Below, in pieces: positions 51,915 to 64,000 of a stretch of DNA of 64,000 nucleotides. Each line of letters starts with the position of its first letter. The first letter of the stretch is position 1. Both the position numbers and the translations under genes were made by a program. Below the pieces are notes generated by a model. The model was not told the origin of the DNA. It saw nothing but the letters and a program-made list of their open reading frames with translations, and ran no database searches. This stretch comes from Tricharina praecox (lineage: Eukaryota). Where the stretch lies: NCBI RefSeq assembly GCF_024521635.1, contig NW_026250434.1, positions 186,001-250,000 on the forward strand, given 5' to 3'.

Positions 51915-52349
51915 GGCTGGTCTGGCTGTGCGGGGAGGATTGAGGGTGTGGGGTTGTGGTCCTGGTAGTTTGTGGAGGTGGAGAGAGCTTTATGTGGTCT
52001 CGTCGTCCGCAACCCGGGGATCCATCGGATGGAAGGGAAGGGAGGGGCAAGCTCGCGGGCGTGCTAAAGTAGCTTTCATCACGTCATAGGAAGGTCGTTG
52101 GGTGGTAGGTGGACATTGATGACGGAGTTATCCGGCGGGGTTGCAATGGATGTGTTGTGTGTGTGCCGTAGATCCCACCATCTCATCACACAATAATCGT
52201 CGAAGGCCGGCCGGCGGGCGCGGGTATATGCGAAGGGTAGAGTCGACGTCGGCAGCATGTCGGATCACTCGGTGTGGTAAACGCGCTAAACCGAGCTCGA
52301 TACGCGTCGACATGAACTCTCCTCGGGCCCGCCTATGTACTACACAGGG

Positions 52350-52526
52350 TTACCAGTAATCGCCTGTACAATACGGACACAACCCATCTTTGATGGCCCA
52401 GCGTTTGATCACCGGTGGCCAATAGCACTGGTTGTCCGGGTCGTTGCGAGCGCCATGACAGAAGCTGGCGAGACGCTTAGTGATGTGGCTGCAACCGCGC
52501 CATGTCCTTCGCTCGTACCTACACAT
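52350..52526 (-). CDS. Putative 58-aa Cys/His-rich small protein
   Basis: MCRYERRTWRGCSHITKRLASFCHGARNDPDNQCYWPPVIKRWAIKDGLCPYCTGDYW*. A at -3 of the ATG and a pyrimidine-rich leader. Confidence 0.5.
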   Translation of the reverse strand: MCRYERRTWRGCSHITKRLASFCHGARNDPDNQCYWPPVIKRWAIKDGLCPYCTGDYW

Positions 52527-53337
52527 ATTTATAGTGCAGGTATATAGGGGGGCAGGTGAGGTAAAGAGGAAAGTTGAGCTGATTGCAAGATGAAGATGGT
52601 GAAGATGATGGTGGTGATGATAATGATGACGAAGTGCGCAGTATGTTTTCAAGCCCGTGGATCAAAGTGTTATGGTTAATTGGACATGAGATAGATACCG
52701 CAGGAAATGGAACTGGGCTGTTGGTCCTCTTTAGTACTCTCCACTAGGTGTCTGATAAGCGGTGGTTACATATACACTTCAATAAGCAGAACCCACAAGC
52801 AATAGCTATGTGCGAGTATCAAACCAAGCTATCTATCACGCGCTGGGGGGGTGTTGGCGGGTGGCCGGTTCGACGACACTACTTGCCTGCATATTCACTG
52901 CACAAAGATGGGAGGGGGTACCGGCATAGCGCTAGTAGGATGGAGCCTTTTAATGGCCTTGGAGCTGTTGGGCTATGGAACAGCTGTTATTGGGGATTCT
53001 CATGAGGGAATTTGGTAAGCCAGAGAGGGTCCGAAGAGCGAGTATGTGGTCAAGGCTGAAACTGCCGCCGTCTTCAGGAAGGGCGTTAGACACGTGTGGG
53101 ACATAATAAAGCCACAGAAAATGCCGAGGAATGAACGATGGAATGCTGTGGCGCCCCGCCTGGTAAGGTATCATGTGGAATGCAGGAAATTTCACCAATA
53201 CAAAGAGTAAGAAGGAAACGCCCCCCTCCTCTTCCCCCCTGCCAGAAACAAATCCCAACCGGTAACAGAGCAGGTATCCAGCTGAGAATGACTCGTCTCC
53301 TGTAGGCGCCAATTGTAAAACGATGCGGGTATAGTGC

Positions 53338-54221
53338 TTATTTGCCAATCGTAAGGAAGAGGCGATCTCCTATGTCGCCAACTCTGCTTGCTATTAGCTT
53401 TCTGCGCTTGCTTCTACAGCAGAGGAAGGAAGCTCATATACTTACCCAGGAACAATCATGCCACCACCAACCCCTCCTAACTCCTTGTCCACGGCACCAA
53501 CGAAGATCTCGACACCTTCAGCTTCATTCGCGGCCCTGGTAACACCTTCGGTGCTGCCCAGAATGCTAAGCACCAAGATCTACGCCATCCATCAGTCCAT
53601 CACTTTCACTCGTCATCTCGCAGAAGCAAACACACCTTGGGAACACCCCACTCCTTGAGGGTCTGTATCGCAGCCTCCGCCGTGCCGCCAGTGGCGATGA
53701 CGGGATCGACAACGATAGCGAGATCACAGGGACCAGCATCACCGGTGGTAGGCGTTACGCGGGTCGGGAGATTGTTGTAGTACTCGACGGGCTGCAACGA
53801 GGTCTTCTCGCGGAACAGTCCGAGGTGGTGTACTGGCACTGGCACCGGGAGGATGGTCTGAAGGGCTGCAAGGTGTCAGCACAACAATCGCCTATTATGG
53901 GAGGTGGGAGAGGAGGAGGGGATGATGGGACGGAAGAATTATACCTTCAACCATTCCCAATCCGCTACGGAGAATGGGGACCAGGACGATGCGCGAGGGA
54001 TTGGTCTTGTAAACATCGAAGCTGACACCCAGGGGGGATACATCCGTGCCGTCGACTGTGGTGGTGAGAACCTTGCTCAACGCCTCTGATCCGAGAAGGA
54101 TGGACAATTCGTGAACTAAAGCTTTGGTCTCCTTGGGCGAGGTGCTCGCCGAGCGGAGCTGCGAGAGCTTCGCCAGGAGACAGGGATGGCTGCTGACGGT
54201 TACATTTGCGGGCAAAGACAT
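53338..54221 (-). CDS. Uracil phosphoribosyltransferase family protein, 3 introns
   Basis: HPCLLAKLSQLR, VPILRSGLGM, GLFREKTSLQPVEYY, PRPP-binding VDPVIATGGT, terminal PG|VGDIGDRLFLT. Confidence 0.93.
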
Positions 54222-54884
54222 GCTGGGTGGGATTATGTGTAGGACCGACGGGGTGGGAATTGGAATTGTTGTGGTAGTTGGGTTGGTGATGATGATTGTT
54301 TTGATGATGGCGAGGACGAAGGATGTGGAAAGGGAGGAGGAGGTGATAGAAGAGGATTGGTGGGTTGAAGGGAGTGGAGGGTTGAGTGACAGCACACACA
54401 GAGGTGTGAGGCCCCACGGGACCTTATGCGCCTAGCTTCGGTTTCAGCTCTCTGAGCTTTAACCCGACTCGTGGTGCCGCTGCCGAACCACAGAATCCAG
54501 ATGGCGGAGAGCCAGATAGGCACCGCCGGCACAAGCCGAAGGCGGGGGATTGGCAGGGGTAGCTATCGTCCAAGCATGCCCGTCGGCGTGATGGTGGCTA
54601 GTCAAAGTCTATGCACCCCACAACCGCCGGCCCTCGCCGTGCTCTAATCTAGCGACAAATCGAAGCCAAATCACTTTAAAGTTTACTCTGCTAGTATGAG
54701 ACTATACATAGCAGTCTCCTCTGACATCTTCTCCTCGCTTGGCTTCACTATAAGTAGTCTTCCGGGGCGATTCGTGCGCTCTGTGCCAGTTTAGGCCAAT
54801 TGCCGGAGCTCTCCTCTCTGTCGAGATTCGTTGACTAACATTACCATGTACTATATCCACACCCGACGGGTCCTCCTTCGTTGA

Positions 54885-56127
54885 CTACTCCATCTTGCCT
54901 GTGACCTCCATCGTCTCGCCGTTCTTCTCGCCCGACTGCAGCATCTTCTCAATCTGTCCGGGACGTCGAATTAGCATTCGTCTCGGCTTCGGTTCCAGGG
55001 CCGGATGGCTTGTTTACCAGCTCAAGATCTCTCCATGCCTCTTCCGGCGTTTGTCTGCCATCGATCTCGCCCTTCAGGACACCCTTCGCAAACGCCATAA
55101 GTTCCTCCTTGACTGAGGAATTGCCCGAGATCGTCTTCACCTCCTCCTGCGCACCTTTCTCGCTTGGCCGCACCGTAACCTTTCCACCGCCACCAACCAC
55201 CACCACACCACGCTCACACGCAACCGAAAACTCATAACAATTATCGGTGGTGCCAAAGCCCAGTGAAAAGGTCCCCACGGTGCCCGCCTTGGTCCTCATT
55301 ATCGCATTAACCGTGTCGACAGGCGGCAGATGCTCTTGATTACACCTCGAGAAAGCGGAGACCCTCTCGATAACCTCGTCCTCGCCGAGCAGCATCCTTA
55401 AGCCCGCAACCTGGTGCACACCCCCATCCATAATGAATCCACCGGGGAACGACGGCGTCTTGCGCCAGCTCGTGGCAAAATACTTGTTCGTCTCCGGCTC
55501 GACCATGCTCGCAACGCGCACGTTGAAGTTCAGGATCCGGCCAAGCCCTTCGATGCGCGTGCGTGCGTAGCCCCACGCTCCTTGGAACCGGTAGTTCTCG
55601 GCGACGGCCCACAGCGCAGACGTAACGTGTGTGTGTGCCGTGGTCGCTAGGAAGGCGGGGGTTTCCGGCCGCTGCGAGAACAGCAGAAGCTCCCGCGCTG
55701 CACTGAGGGTCGGCGCGATGGGCTTCTCCGAGAGCACATGTTTGCCAGCGCCCAAACACGCGCGGATAATCGAGGGCTGCACGGGGATCGGTAGGCTGGA
55801 CGAAAAACGTCAGCTATCTGCCTCCATCTGTCCATCCGGGGGGAGGGGGGATGGTAATAACCAGATGATAACAGCATCGATATCCTCACGCCTCAACAGC
55901 GCCTCGAGATCGTGGTCCTTGCTCTCGGAGGCATACGCCTCCACATCTTGGAGCCCGGCCTCTTTAGCAGCCGCAGTAAGCTTTTCCGCAGACGCAATAG
56001 AACGGCTGTAGATAGCCTTCAGCTGCACGGTATCCGCGCACTCCAGAATGGCCGGAAGGTGTTGTTCGCGCGCGAAGATGCCGCTGCCGAGGAGGGCTAT
56101 GGATAGCTTCTGTTTCTGTTCTGACAT
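54885..56127 (-). CDS. Gfo/Idh/MocA family NAD(P)-dependent oxidoreductase, 2 introns
   Basis: IALLGSGIFAREQHLP, AGKHVLSEKP, VAENYRF, GGFIMDGGVH. Confidence 0.92.
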
Positions 56128-57905
56128 CGTTGATTCGTTGTAGGTATGCTGATATCTCAGTGGTGAAGACGCGGCGGACAGACGCAAGCTTGATAAAGTG
56201 TTCCGAACGGATTGTTTCAAGATTTGGATGCGGAGAAGTTGCCCGTCCCCTCCGCTCAGGGTGCGACGGAAGACGTCATCGCATCTGCGATCTGCCAGCT
56301 GCAGGGATGAGTATTTTCTGTTGACGTGACGGGCCCCGCCGCCGCCGCGAAGAGGGGCTTGGGGGCAATATATAGTGTTTGTGGCGGGAGTCGCCGGGGC
56401 GCGCCATGGGAAACGGTGAAGTATTGACACATGTATTTTTGGGAGTTTGGGAGGTTGGACGCATATCTGGTAACCGTCTCACGGTAATAAAGGTGAGATT
56501 CCCAGGTACCATACAGAAGTTAGAAATATCTCGGAACAACTGGCCAAAAGTTTTCTCGAAGTTGTTTCCTTATCACCGGTACCATCTCATCTCCAGCGGG
56601 AGAGGATAAGTACATATGAGACAGGCGGGCCGCCGAATACCAAAGTTTTCAGGTATCTACTGACCTGTCGATCCCTGGAACCATATGTAAAGTACCGGTA
56701 TCATGGCACCAGTGACTGTACTCCATGGGTTCGCCGGTACAAACATACAACGAATACCCCAGCTCTCCGTTCCCTGTATGCACAAATTCGGGGCTTCACG
56801 GCAGAGCAGGTATATGTAAGGGTGCTTTTCCCCTCAACTTCACCTGCTTCCCGGATACCGTAGCGGCGGCGGCGGTGGAAAATAGGTTGACGGACCAGCA
56901 AATCCGTTCGATCCCACGGCGGCGCAGCGCATCGCGGTGAAAACCTTCCTCCTGTTTATCCTCTGATTATTACCATATCTTGATCCGCATTCTTCCTTCT
57001 CCCTTATCGCCACATAGTGATCATCTCCACACGTTTGGCGAAGATCAGATAACAAACACCCCACGCCTGACCGATCAGATCCGCATGCACGCTCTAGAGT
57101 ACTCTAGAATGCCTTGCTTGCATCCCGGTGGTTGGGTTGCATGATGACCCTAACCGAAGCAATCAGCTTTGCAGCTCCGAAGAGCTATCATACATATCGA
57201 TGGAGGAATCCGATCAACTAGAGTATCGGTGTGCACTGTGGAGATAGATGGATGGGAGCTGTGTGTGATATGGATGCTGAAAGGCATCATGCACTCTTGT
57301 TCTGTGCGCGGGAGGGCGAGCTCTGGAATGGACTCCGATGGAGGTCAAGGGTTCGGAGGTAACCAAGATTTGCGAGGGGTAACTGCTAGCTGTGGATGGG
57401 TGCCATGTGGGGGACGGAGACTTGCTTTCATCCTAGCGGCGAGCATCGTGGGGTTCCTGGAACTGATACCGGTAGATATTTGAAGGATCAGGAACTTTTG
57501 CGAGTAAAGGACCGCTTTCTAGGCATCCATCTACCATTTGATTAAACAGCTATCATCTTCATGTGCCTAGGAAGCCTGAGCTGTGTTGCATCTCGGTAGT
57601 CACAGTGTACTCATCCGCGTGCCCAACATGTGCACACGCCCCTCGATACAAGTAGTAGTAGCGCGACTCCAAATGCACCGCGGTGGGGCGGTGAGCGGTG
57701 CTGGTGTTACTCCTCTCCTCCTCTGCCTTCTCTGACTTCTCCTCCTCTTCCTCTTCAAGTCCACTCTCTGCCACATTCATTCAAACTCCTGTCTTCCACC
57801 ACCTCTTCCGGTTTTTTGTCGCAAGACTTAAGACTTAAGACTTCATTCAGACTTCTGACTTTCTTCCACTCAACTTTCTCCAATATTCCACAAACAGTCG
57901 CAGCC

Positions 57906-58911
57906 ATGTCTAAGGAAACAGAACAACAGCAAGAGCAAAAACGCCTCGCCGAGGCTTTCCCCGAGAAGCCTCAGAACCTCTCGCAGGCGATCAATACGGC
58001 TACCAGGTAAACCTACCGCTCCCCACTATGTAGACCACCGTAGTAACCCCCACTATTCAGGGACCTCCATGACATCGTAAACCACTTGATCGTCCAGCGC
58101 TTCATGCTCGGCCTGCGCGACTACCGCCTTTACCGCGAAGGGATTCTTTCCTTCTACCACGTCTACTCTGCCTTCGAGCGGACCTGGGCACACCTCCTCG
58201 CCAACGCCTCCCTCGTCAAGCCACACATCTACACCGCTTTGCAGGCACTGTCTGATCCTCGCCTCACGCGCGCTCCTGCCATCGCTCTAGACTTGACGTA
58301 CCTCTACGATGCCCAACGGTTCGATCCGGATGCCCCAGCGGATGCCAACTCTGTGCGCGGCGAGTGTGTAGCGCACATCGAGAAGGTTCTGCTGGAGAAG
58401 CCCCATCTACTGCTGGCTTATGCGCACAATTACTACATGGCCCTCTTTGCCGGCGGAAAGATGCTGCTGAGGCAGATTCTCATGGCAAAGGACTTTTTTC
58501 CCGTCAAGGCGCCGGCCGGCGATAGCGATGAGGCCAAGGCGTTTTCTACCAACATGTTTGTCTTCCCTGTGGAGACGGGCAAGGAGGAGAGTCTGCGCGC
58601 GAAGTTCAAGGCTGCTATGGAGCTGGCAGAGGAAAACTTGAGTGAGGAGGAGAAGACTGGTTTGTTTGTCCGTCCCTTGGCTTCAGATTCGCAACTGATT
58701 AGCTCGCACAGAAATCATCCAGGAGTCCAGACACATCTACCAGATGAACGAGCGCCTTGTCCGAGAGCTCGATGAGATCTGTGGATCCCTCGCTATACCG
58801 GCAGCACAGCTAGATCGGGCCAATGAAACCCTGAGTTTTGTTGCTCAATACAAGCTGCTATTGATTCTGGTTGCCGTCACTACCCTCTCGGTTCTTAGGT
58901 ATTACCTCTGA
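57906..58911 (+). CDS. Heme oxygenase-like protein with C-terminal membrane anchor, 2 introns
   Basis: INTATR|DLHDIVN (proximal His), FYHVYSAFE, LLLAYAHNYYMALFAGG distal helix, IIQESRHIYQMN, hydrophobic tail LLLILVAVTTLSVL. Confidence 0.85.
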
Positions 58912-60017
58912 GCGTAGGGTGGCGTCTTTCCCTGTCTTTTCTGTGGAGGCTTTTAGACCGTTTGGCTTCGGTGTTTGCAATAGGGATACCTTCTGATTTG
59001 CTTGATTCTTTTTTGGTTTTTTTGAGCTTTGCCAAGTGGCTTTTTTTTCATTGTTCTAGTGCGGAGTAATCTAATGCTGTGGTTTTTGGAGTATCGACAT
59101 GGTCCACCTTTGTACTCTTTGTGAAGGCAGAGCCCTCGAACTTGATGGTTCCAAGGCTCTTTAAGCTTTTGTTGTAACACCTTCATCTCAGTACCGGGTA
59201 GTACCTTCTTTGCAGATTCCTCGTAACGTTTGGATTCGGCATGTCTTGAGCCTATATCAATGGAATGGCTCGAGTCAATTAATGTCGGCACTCGTGTGGC
59301 AACGGCTATTGCCTGGAACCAACCTTATTCTACGTGGCTCGGAAGCTTGGAAGCTCGTGGTCGTGATCAATTCCTACGGAATGTCGTCAATCTATCTGTG
59401 CACTTCTGCGGTACCCAGCTATGTAATAACTATGCGAAGTCGTGTATGTTTGCCACTTGGTATTTGACCGTTGCCGGAGCCAAAAACCTTCACATCAAGA
59501 GGCTAAGTACTCAGGTGGTACATAGAAGTGGATTTTATGTTCCGGAGAAGTTGTCAGATGGTGCACCGCCACGAAGGCATCCACTGTGGCGAAGATTACC
59601 ACACCCAGCGTCTGTACGGCACCCACGCTCTGAGATCCCTCCTTTATCTCCGGAACGAATCCCCTCCCGCCCAATCTACAGAAACCCGTCGAAAGTTCGT
59701 GCTCAATCCCTCCTCCCCAGCGCGAGTCACTCTGCTTTCTAAGCCGCACACTTACACACTCACTCATATCTTCCCCGAGCTTTCTATGGACCTAGCCTAA
59801 CTACCCGGCTTGGCTTGGCACTCTCACTTTGTTCGCAACCCGCCCAACTAACTCAAGCTACAAACCCGCCCCAACCCAACACCTTCCCACTGCCCTCTCC
59901 CGTCCATCTTCCACCCTCCACCTAACCATCATCACCTCCTCCTCCTCATCATCATCCACCATCTAAGTTCAACCCTCACAACAACACCGCCCTCCTCGAT
60001 TCATAACAACATTCACA

Positions 60018-62926
<2,909 letters not shown>

Positions 62927-64000
62927 ATTGTTTGTTTGGGGATTCTTTCGGGGCCGGGACTGGAATAGGGTAGAACCGGGACTTGGGTAGTTTGCTGAAT
63001 GGTTTTACGACTCTGATAATGTCTTTTTACCCTTTGAATGAATCGATCGGGGTTTTTCTGTTGGCTTTTTTCTTTGTTTGTTTCTGTTTGCTATCTGTAG
63101 ATTGCAGATTGCTTTACTCGATGGAATGTTGGACCCCTCCATGTCGGGTGGATTACGATACGTGATACGTGATGCAAGTTCACGGAATTGATTTTTATTG
63201 AGAGCTGGCGTATGTCGAGATGTATCGAAATAGCATTCTCATCAAGTAAACTCTTCAATGCTGTCATCCGGGTCATATGGCTTCCCAGAAGCCAGGGTTG
63301 TCCACGACCACAGATGACGAATCCTGTCGAAGGCAAGATTTACACTCTGGAGGGCCATTCTATTTTACAGCTCGAGTACATAGAAGGCTGCAGTCCATCG
63401 TCTTTTCAATGTATATTTCAGCCATTCCGCGAGTCGAATTGAATTGTCTGTTTCAGTTTATCGTTAAACCCGCACATCGTGTGTCTGCCTGCGATTATAA
63501 GCAGTTCTTTACCCCGGCGTAGTCGTGATACCTACCTCCCACTTCCCCCTGCCACCCCACTAAAGCTTGCATCTGTCTGACCGTCCGACCGCTGCTACAC
63601 ACGCACCCCAGCCCAGCCGAGAGACTCTCTTCTTACTCTACCACGACCGCCTACCACCACCACGACCACCACCTCACTGCCCAAAGTCGCGACTCGACAA
63701 TCTCTCGAGTCATCGCATCATCAACCTCCTCCTCACCCACCAAACCCCCCTTTCTCTCCCCCTCTTTCATCTTCCTCACTTCCTGTCTCCCCTGCTCCAC
63801 CCCGTCGCGTTCATTCCCCGTTCGTCGTTCCGCCATCAAGCGCGCCGAGCTTCCTTCATCACCCTCCCAACTCGACTCGAGAGAGAACTGACCTGACAGT
63901 TTTCTTCCTTTTCTCCTTCATCGTCATCACCCTGTTCTTCACTCGAACTCCTGTTTCGGAAGGAAGAGACCTGTACGCGCACAGCTTTGGAAAGGAGGCC

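Noticed and set aside
63540..64000. Pyrimidine-rich leader/intron-like sequence at the window end
   Set aside because: Probably the 5' region of the next gene, but no coding sequence is visible to support a call.

Overview
Eukaryotic DNA from a filamentous ascomycete: short GT-AG introns with CTAAC/CTGAC branch sites and orthologue-like housekeeping genes. Recognisable genes are NUP192, an F-box protein, TRS31, EDC3, RRP5, POL3, an SDR, an LDB19/ART1-type arrestin, PIF1, a short Sec2-domain protein, YTH1, an AA9 LPMO, cyanase, UPRT, a Gfo/Idh/MocA oxidoreductase, a heme oxygenase and CDC48. The main result lies in the apparently gene-poor 27.5-42 kb region: two convergent U2 snRNA genes (about 30354-30607 + and about 39810-40063 -). 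Each is split by the same 66-nt spliceosomal intron (GTATGT...GCTAAC...CAG) after a 5' exon of only about 11 nt. They sit in an old inverted duplication with diverged flanks but a 712-bp core that is identical by eye, and they bracket the arrestin gene. Also present are a TSD-flanked poly(A) retroelement with related 3' ends, a non-autonomous hAT element and a 58-aa Cys-rich ORF. All calls come from reading the sequence; no database searches were run.
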